64,000 nt of DNA. It comes from Halobellus rufus (GTDB taxonomy: Archaea > Halobacteriota > Halobacteria > Halobacteriales > Haloferacaceae). The notes below the pieces were generated by a model. The model was not told the DNA's origin, searched no databases, and saw only the letters and a list, made by a program, of their open reading frames with translations. Location of the stretch: positions 1 through 64,000 of the forward strand of contig NZ_BBJO01000013.1 of the NCBI RefSeq assembly GCF_000739575.1, in the 5' to 3' direction. The position numbers and the translations under genes were made by a program. Position 1 is the first letter of the stretch, and the number at the start of each line of letters is the position of its first letter. Below are positions 18,006-28,995 of the stretch, piece after piece.

Positions 18006-19813
18006 GACCCCTCACCCCGACGGGCGAGCAGCAGTGCCGCACCGACCACCGCCGCGACGGCGACGCCGGGCGACAGCGGCAGGCTCGATTGCGAGGTCCC
18101 CCCGGGCTGTAACGGCGTCCGCGTCTCGACGGGGTACGGCGTCGCGGTCGGCGTGCCCGTCGCCGTCGCCGTTCGCGTCGGGGTGGCGGTCTCTGTCTCT
18201 GCTTCCGGGAACTCGACGACGGCCGTGTCGTTCACGACCGCATCGTCGACCCGATACGCCGCGGCGCTCGGGTCGTAGGCGTTCTCCTCGCCCGCCCGGA
18301 CGACTTCCGCACGGAGCCGCTGCGTCTCGAACACGACGTTTTCGAGCTCTGCGGAGACGTTCTCGTGCTGTCCGGGTTCGAGGTAGTCGCTGCGACCGAC
18401 CGGCTCACCGCTCTCGTCTTCGAGTCGGACGAAGCCGCCCTCGGGGACGACGGCGCTCGCGACCTCGACGGACGTTCCCTCGACGGTCTGGTTCTCGAGG
18501 CGGACCGACGGGTCCGGGGCGACCAGGTACACCTCCTGGGCCGTCTCCAGGAAGTGGCCTCGGACCCACAGCGTGGCGTTGGTACCGCGGGAGACCTCCG
18601 AGAGGTCGAACGCGGCCTCGAAGTTGCCGTTCTCGTCGACGGTGGCGTCGGCGAGTTCGAGGAACGCGTTCGGATCCGTCGACCGCAGTCGGACCTCGAA
18701 CTCGGTGTTCGGCGCGCGGGTCGTCGACCCCTCGACCGCGTACGTCGGGTCGTCCCACGGGTAGTGGACAGAGTCGTTCACGGGCGACAGCGAGACCGAC
18801 TGCCGTCGGAGCGTGAACGTCGTCGTCGCGACGGTCGCAGCGCCGTCCGAGAGTCCGCTCTCGTCGGTGAGCGTCAGCGCTGCGCGGTAGCGGTTCCGTT
18901 CGGACTGGGACTCGATCTCGACGTCGCTCGTGTCCCAGAGGACGTAGAACTCGTCGGTCGCGAAACTCGGGAACACCGTCACTGCGGCGGAGTCGGTCGC
19001 GACGTACTCGCGGGGGGCGTTGTTCGGTCCGGGGTCCGTCTGCGTGAAGTTCACCTTGAGGCCGTTGGCGGCGGCGCTCCCCGTGAGGTCGCTGGCGTTC
19101 AGCGCCGTCTCCAGCCCGCTCTCCTCGATCCGCAGCACGGCGTAGTCGCCGCGGGCGACGTCGCCTCCCGCGGTCATCTCCGACTCCAGCGGCCCCGTGT
19201 TGGCGTCGCCGTCCTCGCCACCGCCGAGGTACTCGTCCGGTTCGAACGCGCCCGGCGCGCGGAAGGATTCGGCGGCCGACTCGCCGCGCGGTTCCACGGT
19301 GAGCGTGCTGACGTCGCGCTCGACGCCGTCGACGTCGACGCGGAGCAGGTAGTCCTCGGGCTCCATCGGTTCGTCGAGGGGCTCGGAGTGAAGGGTCGCC
19401 GAACCGCCCTCGACGAACGCCGACGGATCGGACGCCGTCGTTCGTCGGGTGTCGAGGACGATCTCGTCGGTCCCGCCGCCGCCGAGTTCGACCGTGACGT
19501 GGAAGCCGAACTCCGGGCCGCCGATCGTCACGTTCGCGGATTCGGAGTGTGAGACCGCGATGGTCACCTCGTCGCCGCGCGTCACGCTGACGTTGCCGTC
19601 GGGGAACGCTCCCGACGCGTCGTCGACCTGTTGCCGAGAGTCGGTGTCGACGGCTCCCAGTTCCGACGTCGCGGGGACCGGCGACACATCGCCGAGGTCC
19701 GCTGCCGGCTGTTCCCGGTCGGGAGCGGGTGCGACCCCCGAGACGGGCGTCGCGCTCCCGACGAGAAGCGAGAGGGCGAGGACGAGGACCAGCGGAGTTG
19801 GGACGTGAGGCAT
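18002..19813 (-). CDS. secreted cell-surface glycoprotein with PGF-CTERM-like anchor
   Basis: N-terminal signal peptide (MPHVPTPLVLVLALSLLVGSA). Numerous N-x-S/T sequons. Thr-rich linker (TETATPTRTATATGTPTATP) followed by a hydrophobic C-terminus ending ...SPGVAVAAVVGAALLLARRGEGS, an archaeosortase-type sorting signal. Confidence 0.6.
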   Translation of the reverse strand: MPHVPTPLVLVLALSLLVGSATPVSGVAPAPDREQPAADLGDVSPVPATSELGAVDTDSRQQVDDASGAFPDGNVSVTRGDEVTIAVSHSESANVTIGGPEFGFHVTVELGGGGTDEIVLDTRRTTASDPSAFVEGGSATLHSEPLDEPMEPEDYLLRVDVDGVERDVSTLTVEPRGESAAESFRAPGAFEPDEYLGGGEDGDANTGPLESEMTAGGDVARGDYAVLRIEESGLETALNASDLTGSAAANGLKVNFTQTDPGPNNAPREYVATDSAAVTVFPSFATDEFYVLWDTSDVEIESQSERNRYRAALTLTDESGLSDGAATVATTTFTLRRQSVSLSPVNDSVHYPWDDPTYAVEGSTTRAPNTEFEVRLRSTDPNAFLELADATVDENGNFEAAFDLSEVSRGTNATLWVRGHFLETAQEVYLVAPDPSVRLENQTVEGTSVEVASAVVPEGGFVRLEDESGEPVGRSDYLEPGQHENVSAELENVVFETQRLRAEVVRAGEENAYDPSAAAYRVDDAVVNDTAVVEFPEAETETATPTRTATATGTPTATPYPVETRTPLQPGGTSQSSLPLSPGVAVAAVVGAALLLARRGEGS

Positions 19814-19938
19814 CGGCGAGGGCGTTGTCTACCGACGCTACCGACCACGTTACATAAAGCACTGCGGTCAAACCATCAGATCTGATAACAGACGGGCAAC
19901 GCGGCGTCTCACCAGGAGTGCGGTCGACGCCCGCGACG

Positions 19939-20220
19939 TCAGATGAGGCCCGGAGCGACCGCGCTCACGAAGAGGAGGATCGTCCCGACGACGCCGATGA
20001 CGACGAACAGCGCGTTCTCCGCGCCCGGCGATTCGGGCTCGATCGGCGGCCGGAAGAACTCCGCCTCGCCCTCGTCGGCGGCGGAGTCTTCCCTCGTCGT
20101 TCGCGCTTCGCCGGCGATTCGCGGCCTCGGGATCTGCTCGCCGCGCCCCGGGTTCGAGGCGTCGTCGGAAGCATCGTCGGCCTCCACGACAGTCCCGCTC
20201 GGGTCGTCTCGCTCAGTCAT
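19939..20220 (-). CDS. small acidic protein with C-terminal TM (tail-anchored), hypothetical
   Basis: 93 aa, single C-terminal TM (LFVVIGVVGTILLFVSAVA). GC3-rich codons. Confidence 0.3.
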   Translation of the reverse strand: MTERDDPSGTVVEADDASDDASNPGRGEQIPRPRIAGEARTTREDSAADEGEAEFFRPPIEPESPGAENALFVVIGVVGTILLFVSAVAPGLI

Positions 20221-20274
20221 TGCCGGCGATAGGATCCGCGTGGAAAAAGACCTGCCGCCGTCGGACGCCGCCAG

Positions 20275-22041
20275 TCACTCCTCGATCGCGGACCGCCCGC
20301 GGTGGCTGATGAGGTTGCCCTCGTAGACGACGCCCCGTTCGGCGTGCAGCGTCAGGGTCGCGCCGTCCGAGAGCCACTTCGGCAGCGGCGCACCGGAGAT
20401 CATCGGAATCCCGAGTTCTCGGGCGACGAGCGCGGGGTAGCCGGTCATCCCCGGGCGGGCGTCGACGATTCCCGCGATCTTGTCGGTGTCGCCGGTGAAC
20501 TCGCCCTCGAAGTGCGCCGGCAGCGAGAGGATCGCGCCGTCGGGCACCGACGAGAGGTCGCCGTCGTCGACGACCGCAAGCGGGCCGGCCACGCGGCCGC
20601 CGACGACCTTCCGGCCGTTCGCGACGGTCTCGGCGGCGACGTGGAGCTTCAGCATGTTCGTCGTGTTCGTCCCCTCCAGTTCGGTCATCATCCCCGAGAG
20701 GACGACGACGGTGTCGCCGGACGCGGCGACGCCCGCATCGAGGGCGGCGTCGACGGCGTCTTCCATCATCGCGTCGATCCCCTCCCGATAGGCGGAGTAC
20801 TTCGGTACGACGCCCCACGAGAGCGCCAGTTGCCGCCGCACGCGGTCGGTCGGCGTTATGGCGACGACGGGGACGGCCGGGCGGAACTTCGCGGTCTTCC
20901 GCGCGGTGTAGCCGGACTCGGAGGCGGCGACGATCGCGCTGGCCCCGACGTCGCGGGCGAGATAGCGCGCCGAGCGGGCCAGCGCCTCGGTCCGGGAGTC
21001 CCCGTCGGCGGTCGGGATGTGTCCCTCGCGGCTCTCGGAGTACTCCTCGCTGGCTTCGACCTGGCGGACGATCCGGTCCATCGTCTCGACGACGCGCACG
21101 GGATCGTCGCCGATCGCGGTCTCCCCCGAGAGCATCACCGCGTCGGTCCCGTCGAGGACCGCGTTGGCGACGTCTGAGGCCTCCGCGCGGGTCGGCCGCC
21201 GGGCGTGGACCATCGAATCGAGCATCTCCGTGGCCGTGATGACGGGCGTCCCGGTGGCGTGGCACTTGCGGATGATCCGCTTTTGGATGATCGGGACGTC
21301 CTCCAGCGGCATTTCGACGCCCAAGTCCCCGCGGGCGACCATCACGCCGTAGGCTGCGTCGATGATCTCGTCGAGGTTCTCGACCGCGCCGGCGCGCTCG
21401 ATCTTCGCGACGACCGGGATGTCGGCACCGAGTTCGTCGAGCGCGTCGCTGATGGTGTAGACGTCCTCGGCGTCGCGGACGAACGAGGCGGCGACGAAGT
21501 CAGCCTGCTTCTCTGCGGCGACGGCGAGTTCCCTCCGGTCGCTCTCGGTGATGAGGTCGATGTCGAGATCGACGCCGGGCAGGTTGACCCCCTTCCGTCC
21601 GCCGAGGCGTCCGCCCGAGTCGATCCGGGCGATCACGGCGTCGTCCTCGACGCGGCGCACCGTCGCCTCGATCCGCCCGTCGTCGAGCAGGATCGTGTCT
21701 CCGGGCTCGGCGGCGGCGATCGAGTAGGAGAGCCCGACCGTCTCCGGCGTCGCGTCGTCGCCCTCGACGAACCGGACCTCGCTGTCGGTCTCCAGCGTGA
21801 TCGAATCGTCGAGGGGGGCTGTCCTGACTTCGGGTCCCTGTAGGTCGACCATCGCGGCCAGCGGCCGATCGATCGCGTTGTCGACCGCGCGGATGCGGTC
21901 GATCACCTCGCGGCGGTGGTCGGGCGTCCCGTGGCTCGCGTTGAGCCGCGCGACGCTCATCCCCGCGTCCGCGAGGCCGCGGATCGTGGCCTCCGTGTCG
22001 GAGGCCGGGCCGAGCGTACAGACGATCTTGGCCTTGCGCAT
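20275..22041 (-). CDS. pykA: pyruvate kinase with C-terminal PEP-utilising mobile domain
   Basis: MRKAKIVCTLGP... PK barrel signature. The C-terminal approx. 100 aa are PEP-utilizer-like (GDTDKIAGIVDARPGMTGYPALVARELGIPMISG). Confidence 0.9.
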   Translation of the reverse strand: MRKAKIVCTLGPASDTEATIRGLADAGMSVARLNASHGTPDHRREVIDRIRAVDNAIDRPLAAMVDLQGPEVRTAPLDDSITLETDSEVRFVEGDDATPETVGLSYSIAAAEPGDTILLDDGRIEATVRRVEDDAVIARIDSGGRLGGRKGVNLPGVDLDIDLITESDRRELAVAAEKQADFVAASFVRDAEDVYTISDALDELGADIPVVAKIERAGAVENLDEIIDAAYGVMVARGDLGVEMPLEDVPIIQKRIIRKCHATGTPVITATEMLDSMVHARRPTRAEASDVANAVLDGTDAVMLSGETAIGDDPVRVVETMDRIVRQVEASEEYSESREGHIPTADGDSRTEALARSARYLARDVGASAIVAASESGYTARKTAKFRPAVPVVAITPTDRVRRQLALSWGVVPKYSAYREGIDAMMEDAVDAALDAGVAASGDTVVVLSGMMTELEGTNTTNMLKLHVAAETVANGRKVVGGRVAGPLAVVDDGDLSSVPDGAILSLPAHFEGEFTGDTDKIAGIVDARPGMTGYPALVARELGIPMISGAPLPKWLSDGATLTLHAERGVVYEGNLISHRGRSAIEE

Positions 22042-22165
22042 ACCCCGGGCTACAGGCGAATAGGTGAAAAAGGATCCGACAAGTGACTACGATCGTGGTA
22101 AAAATCTCAACCGCGAGGCCGTTCGCCCCCGGCGAACCCTCGATTTCGATCCCGACTCCGACGGT

Positions 22166-22498
22166 TCACTGTTCGGGCATCGCGGCTGGGATCCACTCCG
22201 GGCGTTCGCCGTCCCAGTCGGCGCGCCACTCCCCGTACGCGTCGTTCTCGGCCAGTGACCGGACGACTCGCTCCAGCACGTCCCGGCTCACGACGTACGC
22301 GCCGTCGGTCCGGCCGGTGAACCGGAGCTCGAAGGACCCGTCTTCCTGCGCGTGGACGGCGACGCGGCGGATGCCATCGCGGATCCCCTTCGGGACGTCC
22401 GCGTCGAACTGGAAACTGGCCGCGGCGAGTCCCGGTGAGAGCCGGACTGGGGGCCCACGGGAGAGTTTCACGTCGGCGCTCGTGAGACCGAAGTACAT
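22166..22498 (-). CDS. hypothetical protein
   Basis: 110 aa, halophile-typical acidic composition and GC3-rich codons. Preferred over the overlapping + strand ORF 22064..22258 on codon usage. Confidence 0.4.
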   Translation of the reverse strand: MYFGLTSADVKLSRGPPVRLSPGLAAASFQFDADVPKGIRDGIRRVAVHAQEDGSFELRFTGRTDGAYVVSRDVLERVVRSLAENDAYGEWRADWDGERPEWIPAAMPEQ

Positions 22499-22579
22499 CT
22501 CCCGTGGTTTTCACATCTGATAGCAAAAACGTTGGGGTCAGACCGGCGGCGTCCCGGCTCCGCCGACCCCTTCGATGCC

Positions 22580-24670
22580 CTACTGGACCTTCGTCCCGGG
22601 GACGGCGTCCCCGTGCGTCGTCAACAGGTCCGCCTGCTCGCCCGCCGCGAGCAGCATCCCGTTCGATTCGACGCCGAACAGTTCGGCTTTCTCGAGGTTG
22701 GCGACGACGATGATCTTCGTGCCCGGGAGCGAGTCGAGGTCGTGGAGCTGTTTGATCCCGGCGACGATCTGGCGCTCCTCGACGCCGATGTCGACGGTCA
22801 GCTTCGCGAGTTTGTCCGCGCCCTCGACGCCCTCGGCGGCGACGATCTCCCCGACGCGGACGTCGAGTTCCTGGAAGTCCTCGAAGCTGATGCGCTCGTC
22901 GGCGATCGGTTCGAGGTCCGCGGCTGCGGCCTCGCCGTCGTCGTCGCCCTCGTCAGCGCCCGCTTCGCCCTCGGACTCGGCATCGGCGGTCGCCTCGGCG
23001 ACGCGCGCTTCGAGCTTCTCGTTCAGTTCGTCGACGCGCTCCTCGGGGATCTTCTCGAACAGTTCCGTGGGCTCCCCGAAGTCCTGCGCGGAGACGTCGA
23101 GCGCGGCCTCGACGCCGACCGCGTGGACGTCGCCGTCCTCGTTCAGGTCGTTCCAGATGTTCTCGGCGGCCTCGGGCGTGACCGGCTCGAAGAGCACGGC
23201 GACCGCCTTCGCGATCTGAACGCAGTCGCGGATGACCTGCGCCTTCTCGGGGTCGTCGTCTTCGAGCTTCCAGGGCTCGTTGCGCTGGATGTACTCGTTG
23301 CCGAACTGCGCGAGGCGGACCGCGCTCTCGCCGACCTCCCGCACCGAGTACCCGTTGACGCCGGCCTCGAACTCCTCGATGGCCGTCTCGATCCGCTCGC
23401 GGACGTCCTCGGAGACGTCCACGTCCGGCGCGCCGCCGAACTCGCGGGCCGCGAAGAGCAGCGACCGGTAGACGAAGTTGCCGACGGTGCCGACGAGTTC
23501 GTTGTTCACGCGCTCGCGGAAGCGCCCCCACGAGAAGTCGACGTCCTGCTGGAAGCCGCCGTTGGTCGCGAGGTAGTAGCGCAGCAGGTCGGGGCGGAAG
23601 CCCTCGTCGAGGTACTCGTCGGCCCAGACCGCGCGGTCCCGGGAGGTCGAGAAGCCCTTGCCCTCGAGCGTGATGAACCCGGAGGCCATCACGGCCCGCG
23701 GTTCCGCGTAGCCCGCGGCGCGCAGCATCGCCGGCCAGAAGACGGTGTGGTGCTGGATGATGTCGCGGCCGATGATGTGGACGATCTCGCCGCCGTCGCC
23801 GCCGTCGGCCCCCCACGCCTCCGCCCAGTCGAAGACGTCGCTGCCGACGCGCTCTGTGTACTGCTTCGTCGAGGAGATGTACTCGATCGGCGCGTCGACC
23901 CAGACGTAGAGGACGAGGTCGTCCTCGCCGGGGTAGTCGACGCCCCAGTCCATATCGCGGGTGATACACCAGTCCTGCAGTTCGCCCTCGATCCACTCGC
24001 GGGGCTGATTCTGGGCGTTCGCGGTCCCCTCGAGGCGGTCGATGAACTCACCGAGGTACTCCTGCAGGTCGGAGACGGCGAAGAACTTGTGCTCGCGTTC
24101 GCGGTACTCCGCGGGGTTGCCGGTGATCGTCGAGACGGGGTCTTCGATCTCGCCGGGTTCGAGGTGTCGCCCGCACCCCTCGTCGCACTCGTCGCCGCGG
24201 GCGTGCTCGCCGCAGTACGGACAGGTCCCCTCGACGAACCGGTCGGGCAGCCACTGGTCGGCGTCGGGGTCGTAGGCGACGGGGATCTCCTTCTCGTAGA
24301 CGTACCCGGCCTCCTCCAGCGCGCGGACGATCTCCTGAGTGGTCTCGACGTTCGTCGCGTCGTGAGTGTGGCCGTAGTTGTCGAACTCGACGTCGAACTT
24401 CGGGAACGTCTCCTCGTACTGCTCGTGGTGTCGGAGCGCGAACTCCTCGGGCGTGACGCCTTCCTCGGCGGCGTTGACCGCGACCGGCGTGCCGTGCATG
24501 TCCGACCCGGAGACGAACGCCGTCTCCTGGCCGAGTCGCTTCAGCGCGCGGCTGTAGATGTCGCCGCCGACGTACGTTCTGAGGTGACCGATGTGCAGGT
24601 CGCCGTTGGCGTACGGCAGCCCACAGGTGACCACCGCCGGGTCCTCGGTGGGGAACTCCTCGTGACTCAT
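22580..24670 (-). CDS. metG: methionine--tRNA ligase with C-terminal tRNA-binding (EMAP/Trbp111-like) domain
   Basis: HIGH motif (DLHIGHL), zinc knuckles (CPYCG...CDEGCG), KFSTS (KMSKS-like) and a C-terminal OB domain. True start MSHEEF at 24670; track ORF 22580..25261 is over-extended. Confidence 0.9.
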   Translation of the reverse strand: MSHEEFPTEDPAVVTCGLPYANGDLHIGHLRTYVGGDIYSRALKRLGQETAFVSGSDMHGTPVAVNAAEEGVTPEEFALRHHEQYEETFPKFDVEFDNYGHTHDATNVETTQEIVRALEEAGYVYEKEIPVAYDPDADQWLPDRFVEGTCPYCGEHARGDECDEGCGRHLEPGEIEDPVSTITGNPAEYREREHKFFAVSDLQEYLGEFIDRLEGTANAQNQPREWIEGELQDWCITRDMDWGVDYPGEDDLVLYVWVDAPIEYISSTKQYTERVGSDVFDWAEAWGADGGDGGEIVHIIGRDIIQHHTVFWPAMLRAAGYAEPRAVMASGFITLEGKGFSTSRDRAVWADEYLDEGFRPDLLRYYLATNGGFQQDVDFSWGRFRERVNNELVGTVGNFVYRSLLFAAREFGGAPDVDVSEDVRERIETAIEEFEAGVNGYSVREVGESAVRLAQFGNEYIQRNEPWKLEDDDPEKAQVIRDCVQIAKAVAVLFEPVTPEAAENIWNDLNEDGDVHAVGVEAALDVSAQDFGEPTELFEKIPEERVDELNEKLEARVAEATADAESEGEAGADEGDDDGEAAAADLEPIADERISFEDFQELDVRVGEIVAAEGVEGADKLAKLTVDIGVEERQIVAGIKQLHDLDSLPGTKIIVVANLEKAELFGVESNGMLLAAGEQADLLTTHGDAVPGTKVQ

Positions 24671-24771
24671 AGGGGACACTCTCGGCGGCGGGACCAAAAT
24701 CCCGCTGATTCGGACTCGCCGTTGGGGAGGCGGCGAGCGCGACGGAGCGAACGCCGTTCGCCCCGTGTCGG

Positions 24772-25899
24772 CTACCGGACCGCGTCGAGGTCGGCGAGGA
24801 ACGCCCGCAGCATCCCTCGCGTCACGTGCGGCATCATCACGACCCGCGCGAGCCCGTCGCCGGTGCGCGAGAGCCGCCAGCCGTCGTCGCGGAGCGCCCG
24901 AAACGTCGGGTCTTCGAGGTCGACGACCACGATCGGGAGTTCGACGTCGGCGACGTCGAATCCCCGACCGCGGAGTTCGTCGGCGAACCACCGCGCGAGG
25001 CGGTCGGCGCGCTCGTACTCGCGGCGGTAGCCGTCGGGCCACAGCGCGTCCATCGCGGCGACCGCGCTCGCGACGCCCGCGCCGCTCCGAGTGCCCGTGA
25101 GCGACGCCTGCGAGGTGGATTCGAGATACGGCGTGTCGACAGCCAGCGCGTCCATTCCCGCGGATTCGCGGAACAGCAGACCGCCCGCGGGGATCACCGC
25201 CCGCCCGCACTTGTGGGGGTCGATCGTCATCGAGTCGACCGGCGCGTGCCCGAAGTGCCACTCGTGATCGGTGAACGGGAGAAGGAAGCCCCCCCAGGCC
25301 GCGTCGACGTGGCAGTAGGCGTCGGCGTCGTGTGCGAGGTCGACGAGTTCCGGGATGGGGTCGACGCGCCCGTACTCGGTCGTCCCGGCGACGCCGACGA
25401 CGAGGATCGTCTCGTCGTCGACCGCGGCCGAGACGGCGTCGACGTCCGCCCGGTGGTCACCGTCGGTCGGGACCGTCCGTAACTCCACGCCGAGCACCTC
25501 CGCGGCCTTGGTGAACGAGAAGTGGGCGCTCTCGGGAGCGACGACGTTCGGGTCGGTGACGTCGCTGCGGTTCCGAGCCGAGCGGACCGCCTGGATGTTC
25601 GCTTCGGTCCCGCCGCTGGTGACGTAGCCGTGGGGGCTCTCGGTCGATCCGACGTCGGATCCGCGCGAGGCCGGTCGGTCGAGTCCGGCGAGTCGGGCGA
25701 GCCCGTCGACCGCGCGCCGTTCGAGTTTGTTCACCTCGGCGTACGTCGCCGGATCGCCCGGGTTGGTCGCGAGGAATCGCTCCGCGGCCTCCCGGGCGTC
25801 GGGATGTGGCTCCGTGCACATCGAGGAGAGAACGCGCTCGAACGTCTGCGGGGCCGCCCGCTGCATAGGGTCACTCAGGAGTCGGTCGCGTTTAGTCAT
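24772..25899 (-). CDS. mfnA: L-tyrosine/L-aspartate decarboxylase (MfnA family, PLP-dependent)
   Basis: 375 aa. PLP lysine in TIDPHKCG. Group II decarboxylase pattern. Sits at the 3' end of the 1445-aa artefact ORF 24772..29109. Confidence 0.8.
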   Translation of the reverse strand: MTKRDRLLSDPMQRAAPQTFERVLSSMCTEPHPDAREAAERFLATNPGDPATYAEVNKLERRAVDGLARLAGLDRPASRGSDVGSTESPHGYVTSGGTEANIQAVRSARNRSDVTDPNVVAPESAHFSFTKAAEVLGVELRTVPTDGDHRADVDAVSAAVDDETILVVGVAGTTEYGRVDPIPELVDLAHDADAYCHVDAAWGGFLLPFTDHEWHFGHAPVDSMTIDPHKCGRAVIPAGGLLFRESAGMDALAVDTPYLESTSQASLTGTRSGAGVASAVAAMDALWPDGYRREYERADRLARWFADELRGRGFDVADVELPIVVVDLEDPTFRALRDDGWRLSRTGDGLARVVMMPHVTRGMLRAFLADLDAVR

Positions 25900-25949
25900 T
25901 CTGTTCTCGGTTCCGTGGGCTGATCGCACCGACGACGCCCGGGGGCGGC

Positions 25950-28226
25950 TCAGCGGACCGAATCGAGCAGGAGCCGCTGTTCGACCCGCTTGGCCTCGTG
26001 TTGGACGTCGCGGACGGCGTCGATGTTCGCCGACACCGACGAGATCCCGCGCTCGACGAGGAACTGGACCATCCGCGGTTTCGACGCCGCCTGTCCGCAG
26101 ATGCTCGTCTTGACGTCGAGTTCGCGGCACGTGTCGATGGTGTCGCCGATGAGCTTCAACACCGACGGGTGCAGTTCGTCGAAGCGGTCGGCGACGCGTC
26201 CGTTGTTCCGGTCGACCGCGAGGGTGTACTGGGTGAGGTCGTTGGTGCCGAAGGAGACGAAGTCGACCCCCTCCTCGGCCATCGACTCGACTTCGAGCGC
26301 GGCCGCGGGCGTCTCGATCATCACGCCCCACTGGCGCTTTTCGGGGTCGACGCCCGCCTGCTGCATCAGGTTCCGGGCCTGGGCGACGTCCTCGGCGTCG
26401 TTGACGAGCGGGAACATGATCTCGACGTTGTCGTACCCCATGTCGAAGATGCGGCGGAACGCCTCCAGTTCGTGTTTGAACAGCCCGGGGTTGTCGAGCG
26501 AGCGGCGGATGCCGCGGTACCCCAGCATCGGGTTGTGCTCGCGCGGCTCGTCCTCGCCGCCCTCCAGCTGTCGGAACTCGTCGGTGGGGGCGTCGAGCGT
26601 CCGCACGCGGACGGGCCGCGGGTAGAACTCCTCTGCGGCGGTCCGGATCCCGTCGACGAGTTCGTCGACGTACGCGCGCTCGCCGTTGTCGGCGATGTAC
26701 TTCGTCGGCGTCTTGCCGAGCGAGAGGACCATGTGCTCGATCCGGAGCAGCCCGACGCCGTCCGCGCCGGTCGCGGCGGCGCGCTCGGCCGCCTCCGGAA
26801 TCGAGACGTTGACCTTCACTTCGGTCGCGGTCATCGGCTTGACGGGCGTCTTCGGGCGCGCCTCCTCGATGGGTTCGTGCTGTTCGTCCTGGGGCTCGAC
26901 GCCCTCGCGGATGGTCCCCTTGTCGCCGTCGATGGTGATGGGCTGGCCGTCTTCGAGTTCGCGGGTCGCCGAGCCGACGCCGACGACCGCCGGAACGCCC
27001 AGTTCGCGGGAGACGATCGCCGCGTGGGAGGTCATCCCGCCCTCGTCGGTGACGATTCCGGAGGCGCGCTTCATCGCCGGAACCATGTCCGGCATCGTCA
27101 TCTCGGTCACGATGATGTCGCCGTCGCCGACCTGATCGAGGTGATCGAGCTTCGTCACGATGCGGGCTTCGCCGGACGCGATGCCGGGACTGGAGCCGAG
27201 CCCGCGGAGGAGGACGTCTCCCCCGTTGTCGTCGTCGCCGCCGCCGTTGGCCGCCGCGTCGGCGGTCGCTTCGGCGTCCTCGTCGTCGATGGTGGTGATC
27301 GGACGCGACTGGAGCATGTACACCTCGCCGTCGTAGATCGCCCACTCGACGTCCTGCGGCGTCCCGTAGTGGTCCTCGACGCGCCGTCCGAGTTCGACGA
27401 GTTCCGCGATCTCCTCCTCGGAGAGCACGCGGGCGCTTCGCTTCTCGTCGGGGACCTCGCGCTCGACGGTCTCGCCGGTCTCTTCGTCCTTGAGCATCAT
27501 CATCTTCTTGTCGGCGACGGTTGCGGTCTCGACCTCCGCGGTCTCGCGGTCGACGACGTAGTTGTCGGGGGAGACCGATCCGGAGACGACCGCCTCGCCG
27601 AGGCCCCACGCGGCCTCGATGATGATCTGCGGCTCGCCCGTCGAGGGGTGCGAGGTGAAGAGGACGCCCGACTTCTCGGCGTCGACCATCTCCTGAACGA
27701 CGACCGCGATGTCGACCTCCTCGTGGGGGAACCCCTGTCGGTTCCGGTAGTAGATCGCGCGCTGGGAGAACAGCGACGCCCAGCACTCCTTGACGCGCTC
27801 GACGAGGGCGTCCTCTTGGACGTTCAGGAACGTCTCCTGCTGGCCCGCGAAGGAGGCGTCCGGGAGGTCCTCGGCGGTCGCGGAGGAGCGAACCGCGACG
27901 AAGCGCTCGCCGTCCCCGAGGCTCGCGTACGCAGAGAGGATCTCCTCTCTGACCTCGTCGGGGACCGGCGTCTCCATGATGAGTTCGTGGGCGCGCTCGT
28001 GCGCCTCGCGAAGCGCGGACGTGTCCTCGTGGTCGACGTCGACGACCGAGAACAGCTCCTCGTCGATACCCGCGTTCTCGATGAACTCGCGGTAGGTTCC
28101 GGCGGTCACGACGAAGCCCGACGGCACGGGTAGCCCTGCGTCTGTGAGTTCGCCCAGTGAAGCCGCCTTCCCGCCGACGCGGTCGATGTCGGCGGACCGC
28201 ACGTCGTCCAGCCAAGCTACAGCCAT
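25950..28226 (-). CDS. ppsA: phosphoenolpyruvate synthase (pyruvate, water dikinase)
   Basis: ATP-grasp N-terminus, phospho-histidine motif [22 protein letters not shown]-terminal PEP-utilising TIM barrel. True start MAVAWLDD at 28226. Confidence 0.9.
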   Translation of the reverse strand: MAVAWLDDVRSADIDRVGGKAASLGELTDAGLPVPSGFVVTAGTYREFIENAGIDEELFSVVDVDHEDTSALREAHERAHELIMETPVPDEVREEILSAYASLGDGERFVAVRSSATAEDLPDASFAGQQETFLNVQEDALVERVKECWASLFSQRAIYYRNRQGFPHEEVDIAVVVQEMVDAEKSGVLFTSHPSTGEPQIIIEAAWGLGEAVVSGSVSPDNYVVDRETAEVETATVADKKMMMLKDEETGETVEREVPDEKRSARVLSEEEIAELVELGRRVEDHYGTPQDVEWAIYDGEVYMLQSRPITTIDDEDAEATADAAANGGGDDDNGGDVLLRGLGSSPGIASGEARIVTKLDHLDQVGDGDIIVTEMTMPDMVPAMKRASGIVTDEGGMTSHAAIVSRELGVPAVVGVGSATRELEDGQPITIDGDKGTIREGVEPQDEQHEPIEEARPKTPVKPMTATEVKVNVSIPEAAERAAATGADGVGLLRIEHMVLSLGKTPTKYIADNGERAYVDELVDGIRTAAEEFYPRPVRVRTLDAPTDEFRQLEGGEDEPREHNPMLGYRGIRRSLDNPGLFKHELEAFRRIFDMGYDNVEIMFPLVNDAEDVAQARNLMQQAGVDPEKRQWGVMIETPAAALEVESMAEEGVDFVSFGTNDLTQYTLAVDRNNGRVADRFDELHPSVLKLIGDTIDTCRELDVKTSICGQAASKPRMVQFLVERGISSVSANIDAVRDVQHEAKRVEQRLLLDSVR

Positions 28227-28389
28227 TAGCGTTAGAAGTTCCGCAGATGGTCCTAAAGTACTTTCCGGAGGATGCAACGGTGAATAAAACATACTCGGAA
28301 CTGAGTACATCGTCCGTGACTGTTCCGACCACGAGGCGAACTTCAACCCCAGCGAGACATTCTTTACCGCCGCTGTCCTTTGTCCCGGT

Positions 28390-28995
28390 GTGCTTCCGGA
28401 GTGGATCTCGCTGCTGCCGCCGTGGCTCGTGCTGGGCCTCCTCGGCGGCGGCCTCGCCTCCCTCGTCGTCGCCGGCGTGTTCCTCGTGGGGGGCCGACTC
28501 TTTCCGGACGCCCCACGGCCCGGCGGCTATCGGATCGACGGGCCGTCCCGCCGCCGACTGGAGATCCGCGGGTACCTCCGATCGATCTCCGAACCGTTCG
28601 TCGAGGACCACGCCGTCGGCGGCGAGACCGTCGAGTTCTACCTCCCGCAACGGGACGTCGCGCTGACCTTCGACGCGCAGGCGTACTTCCGGCTCGAACG
28701 CGCGGGCACGTACACCGTGCTCTGCGAACACGAGATGCCGGCGCGCGCGCTCGGACGACGGCTCCCCTTCGAGGTTCCGAGCACGGACTTCGGCTCGCAG
28801 CGTCCCCGCGGCGAAGATCCGGTCTCCGAGGCGTTCGACTACCTCGACCTCGCGCCGACCGCGGAGCCGGACGAGGTCAGAGACGCCTACCGCGACCGGG
28901 TGAAGTCGGTGCACCCGGACCACGGCGGCTCCCAGTCGGAGTTCAAGCGACTGCAGGAGGCGTACGCGACGGCGCGAGAGCACGCCACAGACTGA
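28390..28995 (+). CDS. membrane protein with C-terminal J domain (DnaJ-like)
   Basis: Two N-terminal TM helices. C-terminal J domain with HPD motif ([31 protein letters not shown]). Confidence 0.7.
   Translation: MLPEWISLLPPWLVLGLLGGGLASLVVAGVFLVGGRLFPDAPRPGGYRIDGPSRRRLEIRGYLRSISEPFVEDHAVGGETVEFYLPQRDVALTFDAQAYFRLERAGTYTVLCEHEMPARALGRRLPFEVPSTDFGSQRPRGEDPVSEAFDYLDLAPTAEPDEVRDAYRDRVKSVHPDHGGSQSEFKRLQEAYATAREHATD

Noticed and set aside
22064-22258. 64-aa plus-strand ORF
   Set aside because: It overlaps the better-supported minus-strand gene 22166..22498, which has halophile-like composition and GC3-rich codons. It is probably spurious.
22532-25030. 832-aa ORF on the plus strand and other long ORFs overlapping metG
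   Set aside because: Antisense to the well-supported MetRS gene. The translation is Val/Asp/Arg-rich and domain-free.
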